64,000 bases of DNA from an uncultured Actinomycetes bacterium (GTDB lineage Bacteria > Actinomycetota > Thermoleophilia > Solirubrobacterales > 70-9): positions 760,541 to 824,540 of the forward strand of contig CAVUUQ010000002.1 of assembly GCA_963744725.1 (NCBI GenBank), in the 5' to 3' direction. The notes under the pieces are model-generated. The model was given only the letters and a program-made list of their open reading frames with translations. It searched no databases and was not told where the DNA came from. The translations under genes and the position numbers were made by a program. Below are positions 1 through 8,993 of the stretch, piece by piece. Positions within the stretch are counted from its first letter, which is position 1, and every line of letters starts with the position of its first letter.

Positions 1-193
1 TCCGGCTCGCCACCCAGCCCGCCGGCAAGGCCCCGATCAGCGTCCCCGCCGCGTAGGCGGCAGAGAGGATCCCCGCCGCCGCCTTGCTGAGCCCGAGGTC
101 GTCGACGTACTGGGGGAGCAGCGGCGCGATCGCCGCGTAGAAGGCGACGTCGAGGAAGACCATCGCCGAGGCGAGGAGGAGCAGCCTGCGCAT
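1..193 (-). CDS. MFS transporter, N-terminal part (gene runs off the left edge)
   Basis: Reverse complement of 1-193 starts at ATG (193-191). It reads MRRLLLLASAMVFLDVAFYAAIAPLLPQYVDDLGLSKAAAGILSAAYAAGTLIGALPAGWVASR, a typical MFS TM1-loop-TM2 start. It is absent from the ORF track because the window edge truncates it. Confidence 0.6.
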   Translation of the reverse strand, partial: MRRLLLLASAMVFLDVAFYAAIAPLLPQYVDDLGLSKAAAGILSAAYAAGTLIGALPAGWVASR

Positions 194-261
194 TTGAGCA
201 TCCAATCACTGCAAGGCTCCTTGAGCGCAATCCGTGGCTCTAGCATTGGCGTCGCTCACCC

Positions 262-350
262 GGAGGGGTGGCAGAGCGGTTGAATGCGGCGGCCTTGAAA
301 GCCGTTAGGCCTCGCAAGGGGTCTCGTGGGTTCGAATCCCACCCCCTCCG
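262..350 (+). tRNA. tRNA-Ser (anticodon UGA), type II with long variable arm
   Basis: GGAGGGG acceptor pairs with CCCCTCC. The D-arm GGCAGAGCGGTTGAATGC and the anticodon stem-loop GCGGC-CTTGAAA-GCCGT match the pattern. A long variable arm and the T-arm GTGGGTTCGAATCCCAC follow. It aligns base for base with the general shape of E. coli tRNA-Ser. No CCA is encoded. Confidence 0.9.
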
Positions 351-498
351 CTGAGGGTCCCGAATTTGGCTCTAGGGAGCGCAATGCGCAGGGTCTCGGA
401 GCCGCCGCTTGGTCCGGCTGGATCCGGTAGTGAAAGGGGCTGACGGTGGCACAGCCGGTGGCACAAAACGGCGAGCAAACCCGCATCCCAGGCCGGCT
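292..498 (+). repeat. Direct repeat copy 1: tRNA-Ser from the anticodon loop to the 3' end plus about 150 bp downstream (att-like)
   Basis: Near-identical to 14672-14886, with a few substitutions and one 8-nt indel. The extreme tRNA 3' end recurs again at 18144-18166. Confidence 0.85.
442..467 (+). repeat. GACGGTGGCACAGCCGGTGGCACAAA tandem half-site motif, copy 1
   Basis: The same 25-26-nt motif, carrying two GGTGGCACA half-sites, occurs at 14601-14626 and 14831-14855. All three copies lie next to tRNA-derived att-like sequences. Confidence 0.6.
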
Positions 499-618
499 AG
501 CGGCTGCGGTCGGAAAACGGCAGGGTGGCAAGAACGCTTCGGGCACTGAGCGGCAATCAGCGCCGCCGCAGCGCGTCCAGGCTGCGAGACTCGGCGCCGG
601 AATGCGGGTTGGAGGAAC

Positions 619-1842
619 GTGGGCAAGGGGATGAGACGTCTGGGGATCGCACTAACCGGCCTGGCCGCGGCGGCCGTGTTGGCGGGCGCGACGGCGTCGG
701 CGGCCGGCCCCTCAGAGGAGAAGGTGAGGCTGTCGAGCCAGCTTCACGACTTCGAAGGGGTGCTCGCCTACGACAGCTCGCATCTGCTCCTCACCTCGCG
801 CTACCCGCGACGGCTCGTCCGGATCAATGCCGACGGCTCGCTCGACCGATCCTTCGGCAACGGGGGACGGGCCAGCAAGCCCGCATACGCCGTCACCGTG
901 CTGCCGAACGGCAAGCTCCTGCTCGCCGACGAAGGCGCGCCCCCAGGCGAACCGTCGAACAGCGACGCGGAAGTGACCCGGCTCCTGCCGAACGGCAGAC
1001 CCGATCCGAGCTTCGGCGACGGCGGCACCGTCTTCATCGACTTCGGCGGCGGCTACGACGCTGCCAACTGTGTCGCCGCCGCCGCCAACGGCGACGTTCT
1101 CGTCGGCGGCGAAATGACCACCGCCGTGGGCCGCGGCGGCGGCAACGGGGTGCCGGCGTTCGCCCGCCTGCACCCCGACGGCAGCCTCGACCGCTCCTTC
1201 GGCGAGAACGGTGTGCGGCTGATCGAGAACGTGTACGAAACCGGCATCTTCGCAGTCGCTGCCACCCCCGACGGCGGCGTCGTCGGGGCGACCGGCGGCG
1301 AAGAGTTCTTCGCCGAAGAACTCTGGAAGCTGACCGCGGGCGGCTCGATTGACCGCAGCTTCGGCAAGCGGGGCCGCGTCAATCTTTTCGGCGACAAAGC
1401 GACCTTGCTTCTCCCCATCGAGGTGCTGCCGAGCGGCAGGATCCTGCTCGCCGGCAGCGGACCCATCGGCGGGCCCGAACCAGCCGCGGCGACCCGACTG
1501 CTGCCGAACGGCCGGACCGACCACTCCTTCGGCGACGACGGCTGGGCAAAAGCGAAGATCGGCGGCTTCGTCGACGCCTGGACGATGCTGCCGGGCGGCG
1601 ACATCCTGATCGCGATCTCGCAGGAATTCGGCAAAAAGCGGTCGACCGTCGGCGCGATCGCCTTCACCAGCAGCGGCCAGCTCGACCGGCGCTTCGGACA
1701 CGGCGGTCGTCTGCGGGTGCCCTTCCCCGGCTGGTTCCCGGAAGAAACCGTCGCCGCCCTGGGCAGGCGCCCCGTGTTCCTCGGCAGCGTCGGCAGGCAT
1801 GGCGGCACCTGGTTGGTGAAGATGCCGCCGCTGCGCCGCTAA
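619..1842 (+). CDS. Secreted delta-60 repeat (beta-propeller-like) protein
   Basis: 407-aa ORF with a GTG start (alternative ATG at 631). Signal peptide RRLGIALTGLAAAAVLAGATASAAG. Repeated LLPNG/DGSLDRSFGxxG units are typical of the delta-60 repeat family. Confidence 0.75.
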   Translation: MGKGMRRLGIALTGLAAAAVLAGATASAAGPSEEKVRLSSQLHDFEGVLAYDSSHLLLTSRYPRRLVRINADGSLDRSFGNGGRASKPAYAVTVLPNGKLLLADEGAPPGEPSNSDAEVTRLLPNGRPDPSFGDGGTVFIDFGGGYDAANCVAAAANGDVLVGGEMTTAVGRGGGNGVPAFARLHPDGSLDRSFGENGVRLIENVYETGIFAVAATPDGGVVGATGGEEFFAEELWKLTAGGSIDRSFGKRGRVNLFGDKATLLLPIEVLPSGRILLAGSGPIGGPEPAAATRLLPNGRTDHSFGDDGWAKAKIGGFVDAWTMLPGGDILIAISQEFGKKRSTVGAIAFTSSGQLDRRFGHGGRLRVPFPGWFPEETVAALGRRPVFLGSVGRHGGTWLVKMPPLRR

Positions 1843-1876
1843 CCGGAGGCCCTAGCGTGCTCCGATTTCTCTTGGC

Positions 1877-2172
1877 TTACGGACGGCGAAAGATGGCGTG
1901 GGTGCCGACTCGCCGCCAGATGACGTGAGGCTCGCCCGGGTTTACCTCCGCGCCATATTCGAACGTCGCCCGGCCGTCGTAGGCCCAGGTCATCTCCCAG
2001 ACCCCAGGATGCCCCTGCACCCGCTTGACGCGGAGCTTGGGATGGAATGCCTGGGCACCCCGGCGAGGTCGGCGATGAACTGCGCCACCGCAGCGCGGAA
2101 TTCCCGCTGCTGCTTGGGGCTCAGCCGATCCCAGTCGCGCCAGAACGACGCGAGCACTTCACGCGTCGGCAT
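1877..2172 (-). pseudogene. RelE/ParE-superfamily-like toxin, frameshifted (copy A)
   Basis: Starts MPTREVLASFWRDWDRLSPKQQREFRAAVAQFIADLAG, then loses frame near 2057-2063 through a 1-nt deletion relative to copy B. The correct C-terminus EYGAEVNPGEPHVIWRRVGTHAIFRRP* is readable in another frame and ends at 1877. Confidence 0.6.
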
Positions 2173-2418
2173 CGAGCGGCTTCGTGCGCTCGTCCAACGC
2201 GGCCAAGAAATCCTCGTCGTTCTCGAACCGGGTCACTCGACCGGCAGCAAGATCTCGTCAGCCTCGCGCTCGCGCTGCTGCCATTCCTGGGTCCAGAACC
2301 ATGCCTGCTCGGGGTCGATCCTGCCGTCGGTGATCTCCTTAAGCAGGATCACGGCACCATCGACTGCTCCGTCGGGGAGCCGGTCGACGAGGTCGTGAAG
2401 GTCAGCCTTGGTCACCAT
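2159..2418 (-). pseudogene. Putative antitoxin, frameshifted (copy A)
   Basis: MVTKADLHDLVDRLPDGAVDGAVILLKEITDGRIDPEQAWFWTQEWQQREREADE, then a premature stop. Copy B continues DLVAGRVTRFENDDDFLAALDERTKPLDADA. A 1-nt deletion near 2251-2256 explains the difference. Confidence 0.55.
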
Positions 2419-2453
2419 CCGGATTCTGACAGCCGCGAAGGGTGTTCACCAGC

Positions 2454-2641
2454 TCACGCTGCATCCTCGTCCGCTCCCGGATCTTCCAAAAATGCGTCAA
2501 GTAGAGCGGCGCCTTCCGGCTCGGTCCCCGGCATCAGGTGCCCGTAGAGGTCGAAGGTGACCGTGATCGAGGCGTGCCCTGGGCAGATGCGCCCGAAAGC
2601 ACCGTGGCGGATCCGCAGGATGCGAGGTCGGGGCGTCCGGC
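2454..2641 (-). pseudogene. Tyrosine recombinase (phage-type integrase) C-terminal remnant
   Basis: Reads ...LRIRHGAFG..GHASITVTFDLYGHLMPGTEPEGAALLDAFLEDPGADEDAA*, which resembles the conserved RH...LGHxSxxxTxxxYxH C-terminus with the catalytic Tyr. It is cut off at the IS630 insertion point and the spacing is shortened. Confidence 0.5.
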
Positions 2642-3694
2642 TAGTGACCTGAGTCATTGATCCGCTGGCAGTAGGAGGCGAGGCTCTCGAGAATCTCATC
2701 GGCGCTCTTGTGCCAGACGTAGGGCTTGGGGTTCGTCGTTCCAGTTGGCGATCCAGGTGCGGATCGAGGCGACCAGGTCGCGGACCGAGCGGTGGGCGCC
2801 CCGCTTGATCCACTTCGTGGTCAGCTCCGCGAACCAGCGCTCGACCAGATTCAGCCAGGAGCTGTAGGTCGGGCGTGAAATGCAGGGTGAAGCGTGGATG
2901 GCGCAAGAGCCAGCGTTGGATCTGCGGCGTCTCGTGGGTCGAGGAGTTGTCGAGCACGACGTGGACGTCGAGGTGCGTCTGGCACCGAGCGCTCGATCAG
3001 GCCCAAGAAACGACGGAACTCCTCGGCGCGGTGGCGGGGCGTCATCTCGGCGATCACCTTGCCGGAGGCGACGTCAAGCGCGGCGTAGAGGTTGGTGGTG
3101 CCGTTGCGGACGTAGTCGTGGGTCTGGCGCTCGGGGATCCCGGGCATCAGCGGCAGGATCGGCGCTGAGCGCTCGAGCGCCTGGATCTGGGACTTCTCAT
3201 CGACGCAGAGCACGACCGCGGCTTCGGGCGGGTTGAGGTAGAGCCCGACGATATCTCTCACCTTGTAGACGAACTGCGGGTCGGGCGAGAGCTTGAAGTG
3301 CTCTGAACAGATGGGGCTTCAGCCCGAACGCCCTCCAGATCCGGCTGACCGCGGTCTGGCTCATCCCGGTCTGGGTGGCCATCGATCTGGTCGACCAGTG
3401 GGTGGCGTTCGGCGGGCTCTCCTCGAAGGTCTTGACGATCACCCGCTCGATGTCTTCGTCGCCGATCTGGCGCGGCTTGCCGGGCCGCGGCTCGTCATGG
3501 AGACCGTCGAGGCCGCGCTCGGCGAAGCGGCCACGCCAGCGCCCGACGGTCGAGCGAGTGCAGCCAAGCCGAGCCGCGATCTCCTTGCTCGGCTCGCCCT
3601 CGGCCGCTGCCAGCACGATCCGGCAGCGCAGGCGAGGGCCTGGGCGCTGGTCGGGCGCCGAGCCCATCGCTCGAGCACCTCCCGCTCATCCTCG
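2641..3694 (-). pseudogene. IS630-family DDE transposase, multiply frameshifted and interrupted by IS21
   Basis: Pieces lie in three frames: the HTH part CRIVLAAAEGEPSKEIAARLGCTRSTVGRWRGRF, then VLCVDEKSQIQALER...THDYVRNGTTNLYAALDVASGKV, then LDNSSTHETPQIQRWL and PKPYVWHKSADEILESLASYCQRINDSGH*. The first ~11 codons (MPRRVDVELSE) lie at 5946-5913, on the far side of the IS21. The stop codon uses the flanking TA. Confidence 0.8.
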
Positions 3695-3822
3695 TGTAGG
3701 CGCCGCCTGAAAACTGACCCCCTCTCGCCGGTCGAAAACCGACCCCCCACCGACGGCGGCGAGAGCGTCCGGGGGGATGCAGAGCCTCGGCTCGACCGAA
3801 GAGGACGAGCCGGGAGGAAGGC

Positions 3823-5025
3823 GTGGTCGACGTGGAGCAGTGGGCGCAGATCAGGCGGATGCATGTGGTCGACGGGGTCTCGATCAAGGAGATCGCCAGG
3901 AGGACCGGGCTCGCGCGGAACACGGTCCGCGCGGCGGTCCGCTCCGAGGGGCCGCCGCGGTATGAGCGTGGGCCGCGGCCCTCCAAGCTCGACCCCTTCA
4001 AGGAGGAGATCGAGCGCCTGCTGCGCGCCGACCACCGGCTGCCCGGCACCCGCGTCCGCGAGCTGATCGCCGAGCTCGGCTACGAGGGCGGCAAGACGAT
4101 CCTCGACGACCACCTGCGCGAGGTCCGCCCGCGATTCATCCCGAGGCGCACCTATCAGCGCACCGTCTACCGGCCCGGCGAGATCTGTCAGTTCGACCTC
4201 TGGGAGCCCAAGGTTGAGATCCCGGTCGGCCACGGCCAGACCCGCCGCGCCTGGGTGGTCACGAGCGCCCTTGGGTGGTCGCGCGCCGGCGCCGGGGCGC
4301 TGATCTTCGCCAGGCAGGCCCCCGACATCCTCTGGGGAATGGGGCGGTGCCTGACGAGGTTGGGCGCCCTGCCCGAGACCGTGGTCTGGGACCGCGAGGC
4401 GGCGATCGCCCCGCGGGGGAGGCCGACCGACGCCTTCGCCGCCTTCTGCGGGGGGCTGCCTGTCGGCTGGTCGATCTGCGAGGCGGCCGACCCCGAGTCG
4501 AAGGGCGTGCTCGAGCGCAGCCACCGCTTCCTGCGCTCGAACTTCGAGCCGGGCCGTGCCTTCGCCTCGCCCGGGCACTTCCAGGGAGAGCTCGATGCCT
4601 GGTTCGAGAAGGCGAATCGTCGCCTGCACCGCGGCATCCGCGCGATCCCGGCCGAGCGCCTGGCCGAGGAGCGGGAGCGGATGCGCCCGCTGCCGGGTCG
4701 GATGCCCGAGACCGACCGCCGCTTCGTCACCCGCGTGCCCCAGCAGCCATATCTGCGCCTCGACACCAACGACTACTCGCTCGACCCGAGGGCGGCGGGG
4801 AGGCGGGTGGAGGTCAGGGCCTCCCAGCGCGAGATCACGGCGATCGAGCTGGGCACCGGCGCCCTCGTCGCCTCCCACCGCCGCTCCTTCGCCAGGGGCC
4901 TGACCTTCACCGACCCCGCCCACCAGGCCCTCCTCGACCGGTTGCGCGGCGAGCGCCGCCGCGGACCCCGGGTCGAGGTCGAGACCCGACCGCTCGCCCG
5001 CTACGACGAGCTGATCCCGGCATGA
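3823..5025 (+). CDS. istA: IS21 transposase IstA
   Basis: 400 aa with a GTG start. An N-terminal HTH (VSIKEIARRTGLARNTVR) and a DDE core (QFDLWEP...VVWDREAA...PESKGVLERSH) are typical of IstA. The stop overlaps the istB start (ATGA). Confidence 0.9.
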   Translation: MVDVEQWAQIRRMHVVDGVSIKEIARRTGLARNTVRAAVRSEGPPRYERGPRPSKLDPFKEEIERLLRADHRLPGTRVRELIAELGYEGGKTILDDHLREVRPRFIPRRTYQRTVYRPGEICQFDLWEPKVEIPVGHGQTRRAWVVTSALGWSRAGAGALIFARQAPDILWGMGRCLTRLGALPETVVWDREAAIAPRGRPTDAFAAFCGGLPVGWSICEAADPESKGVLERSHRFLRSNFEPGRAFASPGHFQGELDAWFEKANRRLHRGIRAIPAERLAEERERMRPLPGRMPETDRRFVTRVPQQPYLRLDTNDYSLDPRAAGRRVEVRASQREITAIELGTGALVASHRRSFARGLTFTDPAHQALLDRLRGERRRGPRVEVETRPLARYDELIPA

Positions 5026-5780
5026 CGAAGAGCGCCGAGCTCGCCCACCTCTTCCGCGCCCTGAAGGCGCCGGCCGCGGCACGGGCCGTGCCGAAGCTGG
5101 CCGAGCGGGCACGGGAGGAGGAGTGGTCGCACGAGCGCTTCCTCGAGGCCGTGCTCTCGACCGAGGTCGCCTCGCGCGAGAGCCACGGCGGCGAGAACCG
5201 GATCAAGGCGGCCCGCTTCCCGGCAAGGAAGACGCTGGAGGAGTTCGACTTCACCTTCCAGCGGTCGGTGAAGAAGCAGGTGGTCGAGCACCTGGGCCAG
5301 CTCGACTTCCTGCACGGTCGCGAGAACGTGGTGCTGCTCGGGCCGCCCGGGACGGGGAAGACGCACCTGGCGATCGCGATCGGCATCCGCGCCTGCCTGG
5401 CAGGGCAACGCGTCGCCTTCGCCACCGCGACCGAGTGGGTTGCCCGCCTCGGCGAGGCCAAGCGCCAGGGGGAGTTGGAGGCCGAGCTGCGCCGCCTCTC
5501 CTTCGTGCCGCTGATCGTGGTCGACGAGGTCGGCTACATCCCCTTCGACCCCGAGGCCGCCAACCTGATGTTCAGCCTGGTCTCCGCCAGATACGAGCGG
5601 GCCTCCCTGATCGTCACCTCGAACAAGCCGTTCTCGGCCTGGGGCGAGATCTTCGGCGACGAGGTCGTCGCCGCGGCGATGATCGACCGGCTGGTCCACC
5701 ACGCCGAGATCCTCGCGCTCAAGGGCGACAGCTACCGGCTGCGCGACAAGGACCTGGGTTCCCCACCGCCCCGCGACTGA
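5022..5780 (+). CDS. istB: IS21 helper ATPase IstB
   Basis: 252 aa. Walker A LLGPPGTGKTHLA, Walker B LIVVDEVGY and the IstB signature LIVTSNKPFSAWGEIFGD are present. Confidence 0.9.
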   Translation: MTKSAELAHLFRALKAPAAARAVPKLAERAREEEWSHERFLEAVLSTEVASRESHGGENRIKAARFPARKTLEEFDFTFQRSVKKQVVEHLGQLDFLHGRENVVLLGPPGTGKTHLAIAIGIRACLAGQRVAFATATEWVARLGEAKRQGELEAELRRLSFVPLIVVDEVGYIPFDPEAANLMFSLVSARYERASLIVTSNKPFSAWGEIFGDEVVAAAMIDRLVHHAEILALKGDSYRLRDKDLGSPPPRD

Positions 5781-6350
5781 GCGTTCCCGCCCGCTCCGCC
5801 TCGCCCTCCGGGCTCGGCTCCGCGGGCGGGTCCTCCACCGCCTACCGGGCGCTTTCCAGGGGGGTCAGTTTTAAACCGGCAGAAAGGGGTCAGTTTTCGA
5901 CCGGCGTTGACACCTCGCTGAGCTCGACATCTACACGTCGGGGCATGAGGCCTCCCATCGTCGCCTGTGATGGCGACGACTTCGACGGCCGATCATCTAT
6001 GCCTGCGGACTAACGACTCAGGTCACTAGCACAACGCGAGCATGGCCATAGGGAGCCCATCTCGCGGCGTTGCGGGAACTCCCAGCGCGCGCTCACCCGG
6101 GGCCGTCCTCGGAAAGCAGCGGCCTTCTCTGTCGCCCCATTTCGACTACCTCTCTCGAATTTCGTCACGCCGTAACTCGAGCGGTTTGAGCCTGGCCGCG
6201 ATCGGCGCCCCCATAGGCCAATACAGACGCTCAGGTTGTGCGCCTGCACACTCGCACGCGGCGATTCGGAGCCGAGACGTGAGATCGTGTCCGGTCGCGG
6301 ATTCAGGATGCTTCCCGGATCGTCGAGAGACCTCGCATCCAAGAGGCAAA

Positions 6351-6779
6351 TCAGCAGCGCGCAAAGGAGAGATCCCGTTCGAGCTTCTTGATCGTCTCGG
6401 CAGGCCGGCTCTTCGCGTTTCTCAGGAGGGTTGGCGTGTAGTTCTTCTGATTGAAGGTCGCACCCGCGAAACTGCCGTCGCGCACTACGCGGAGGACAAG
6501 TCGCACTGCGTCACCGCATCCATTCGGCGCTGAGTCGAGCGCTTCCAGTCTTTCCTCGGCAACCACCATTTCTGCGGCGTAGATTTCGTACCTCCGCTGT
6601 ATGTCGAACGGGCTATTGGCCGACTGAATAGATTTCCCCACCCGTTTAGTCGCTTCAATATCTTCTCGCACCTGGAGCGTGAATTGCTGTTTCCACTCTC
6701 TGGGGTCCTCCCTGCTGCTTCCACATGCCGCCAAGAAGATTGCCGCAAGAATTGCGCTGCTAATCAGGATCGCCCGCAT
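6351..6779 (-). CDS. Lipoprotein of unknown function
   Basis: 142 aa. Signal peptide with a lipobox, MRAILISSAILAAIFLAAC|GSS. The DNA is AT-richer than its surroundings. I recognise no family. Confidence 0.55.
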   Translation of the reverse strand: MRAILISSAILAAIFLAACGSSREDPREWKQQFTLQVREDIEATKRVGKSIQSANSPFDIQRRYEIYAAEMVVAEERLEALDSAPNGCGDAVRLVLRVVRDGSFAGATFNQKNYTPTLLRNAKSRPAETIKKLERDLSFARC

Positions 6780-7630
6780 AGCGAAGGACTACCCGTCTGA
6801 TCTCCGTTAAAGCGTGCGCCGCTGACCGGCTCATATCGTCAAAGATGTCTCCATCGCGCAGACCCCTCCTGGAGAGGCCGGATTCCGACCCGGACGGAAC
6901 GAGCTAGACCGTCCACGGCGCGGATACTGCTCGATCCCGCCCTACTCGTCCGGTCCTCGGACCGATGCAGAAGCGCCTAAACGATTCATGGCCGATCGAC
7001 TTCCGGTCGAATCCTTCCCACCGCAGCGGGCGCGGATTCTGAGCTGGGGCTGAGATGGCGCAGACCGCCGAGGTTCGCCGAGGAGATGACCGCGCCCGCC
7101 AGAGGCTCGTGACGACCGCGCGGATTCACGAGTGAGCGCACGCGTTCTCGCGACGCGAAGCGAAACTCGCCCCAGGCCATACCGAGATGCGGTCCATAAG
7201 TTCATCACCCCCTATGAGCGAGACCCAGACGCGCTCGAGCGGGCCTCCGCCGACATCGAGCACGCCGGTCAGCACGCCCCGACGCAGCAGCGGATGTATG
7301 GGAGCAGGCGCGGCTTCGTCAAGACGTTGCCGCTGTGCAGAGGCCCTCGGTGATCGTCGCGCCAGCTGAGCACCCACCCGGATCGGGAGCGCCCTAGGCT
7401 GCTCCCTGCTCTAAACGCACGCCCCGCACCTGCCTCAAATAAGGCGAATTCAGGCGGGCAGACACCGACGATGATCCGGGCCCCGACTCTCAGCGCCCGG
7501 GTCGAGCCGCATCGTAAAAGTCGATCTCCCGAAGCTGTCGTGGATAGTCGTCGAACCGCGCCTCGTCATCCAGCCAAGGAGCAAATTCGTAACCCAGGCT
7601 TTCCGGTTTGGTTAGACTCTCCAGATATAA

Positions 7631-8323
7631 ATGCGCCGTTTACTGACGTTCCTGTTCGCCGCCCTTGCTGCCCTTGCAATTTCCTTGCCAACGGCTCCTG
7701 CATCTGCAGCCAAAGTCGCGGATTCCGTTGTCTCATTCAAGGCAGGAATGGGCGGCTCGAATTTAACTGCATCACCGACACTCTCAGGAGAGATGAGCCA
7801 TATCGGCCCCGTCGATTCTGAGAAGCACATCTTTGCTCATGGAGTCAGCCCGGTAGGGGAACGGTGGGCTGCGTCCGCGGGCGTGTCGAACCGCGGGGAT
7901 CACAAGCGGGAATTTGAGGTTCGCTTTCAGTTCTCGCTCGGCTTTCGATGGGGGATCGAGCAAAACATCCCCAACCGAGGGCGAAAACAAGAGCGAGGTC
8001 AGGCCGACGGCTACACCGGACCATTGTCTGGGGGCGCGCTTGAAAGCGCCGCATTCGGCATAGCAGGACCTGAAGTAGAGACGATCAAGATGAAGATGAG
8101 TGACGACAGTTCGCTCGAAGTGCATCCCACATTTCCACCCATGGCACTTCGCCGGGCTTTCATCTGGATGCGTGGTTTTCGCTACTTTCTCCAATACTAC
8201 CGCGGGGCGGCCTACGTAACTGAATACTGGTTATATGACGCCAATGGGAAGCGGGTTGGTTGTAACAACTACGCTGAAGGATCTCTATCTGCCGCAGTTT
8301 GCGGTTTTAAGCCGGTTACCTAG
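7631..8323 (+). CDS. Secreted protein of unknown function
   Basis: 230 aa. Signal peptide MRRLLTFLFAALAALAISLPTAPASA|AKV. AT-richer codon usage. I recognise no family. Confidence 0.5.
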   Translation: MRRLLTFLFAALAALAISLPTAPASAAKVADSVVSFKAGMGGSNLTASPTLSGEMSHIGPVDSEKHIFAHGVSPVGERWAASAGVSNRGDHKREFEVRFQFSLGFRWGIEQNIPNRGRKQERGQADGYTGPLSGGALESAAFGIAGPEVETIKMKMSDDSSLEVHPTFPPMALRRAFIWMRGFRYFLQYYRGAAYVTEYWLYDANGKRVGCNNYAEGSLSAAVCGFKPVT

Positions 8324-8993
8324 AATCGCATCGAGACCTTCGTTGCGTAGCTTCCCACTGGGTGTGAGCATCTCAAGCGTGACGATTTTGTCCGAGGTCT
8401 ACCGCGAGATGTCCTACACGCATAAGGTTGACCGCGGATGACGGCTGCTCCCTAACAGCCTTATGGGTCTCGCCGGCTGTAGTAGCAGACAACAGCTTGC
8501 AGGCCCTATTGGCTCGCGCGGGGGTCATGCCCACCACCGGCGGGGCGGTGTCGCTGCCCTGCCGTGGTGCTGCTACGGCTTAGACGTACCGGTAGCGTCG
8601 TCGACCGCGAGTACCAGTGGGAGTAGCGGCGCCTCAATGTGGCTCCGCCACTCCCCTTTGAGGGGTTGCAACGACACGCCCGACCAAAGCCGCTTCACCT
8701 GGCATGTAGGCCGGCCTCACGATGTTGCGGGCCCGAGGCGCATGGCCGTCCTCGCTGGCGTTGGTTCCGGTAGGCGAAGGCGATTTTGCTCATCAGCGCC
8801 TCGGGACCGACATCCATCCCAGAAAGGCAAAGGTGTCCTCGGCCATCTAGCGAGCAAAGTTGCAGCTTTGCGAGAGACTGCGGCCGTGGAGAACCTTTCT
8901 AGATCGTTGAGCGGGCTATCCATAGATCCCGGCCAGTCGCCCCGGCCCGCAGTTGGATACCTGCTATCAAAGCCGTTCCAGTGCCAACAGATC

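Larger units (their letters stand above)
1737..2453. repeat. Segmental duplication copy A (3' tail of the delta-60 gene plus the TA module)
   Basis: About 715 bp matching 17404-18118, with substitutions and small indels. Homology stops exactly at the stop codon of the integrase remnant (2454). Confidence 0.85.
3695..5912 (+). mobile_element. IS21-family insertion sequence (apparently intact)
   Basis: Left end is TGTAGGCGCCGCCTGAAAACTGACCCC...CGAAAACCGACCCCCC. The reverse complement of the right end is TGTCAACGCCGGTCGAAAACTGACCCC...TTAAAACTGACCCCCC. Multiple terminal repeats are typical of IS21. A 5-bp direct duplication CCTCG flanks it (3690-3694 and 5913-5917). It carries istA and istB. Confidence 0.85.
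2644..6026 (-). mobile_element. IS630-family element, degenerate, carrying a nested IS21
   Basis: Terminal inverted repeats GTGACCTGAGTCATTGATCCGC (2644-2665) and GCGGACTAACGACTCAGGTCAC (6005-6026), with about 3 mismatches. It is flanked by TA on both sides (2642-2643, 6027-6028), as expected for IS630 target duplication. About 1.16 kb remains after removing the nested IS21. Confidence 0.8.

Noticed and set aside
442-467. Reading TGGCAC-N5-GTGGCA as a sigma-54 (-24/-12) promoter
   Set aside because: The -12 element does not match TTGC. The motif is a tandem direct repeat rather than a -24/-12 pair. Sigma-54 is generally absent from high-GC Gram-positive lineages.
3439-5112. 557-aa minus-strand ORF across IS21
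   Set aside because: Antisense to istA. Its C-terminal end merely runs into the true IS630 transposase N-terminal frame.
6029-6360. N-terminal part of the integrase to the right of the IS630 element
   Set aside because: The minus-strand frames show only a vague LKPLELRRDEI resemblance to the integrase core-binding region. That is too weak to call.
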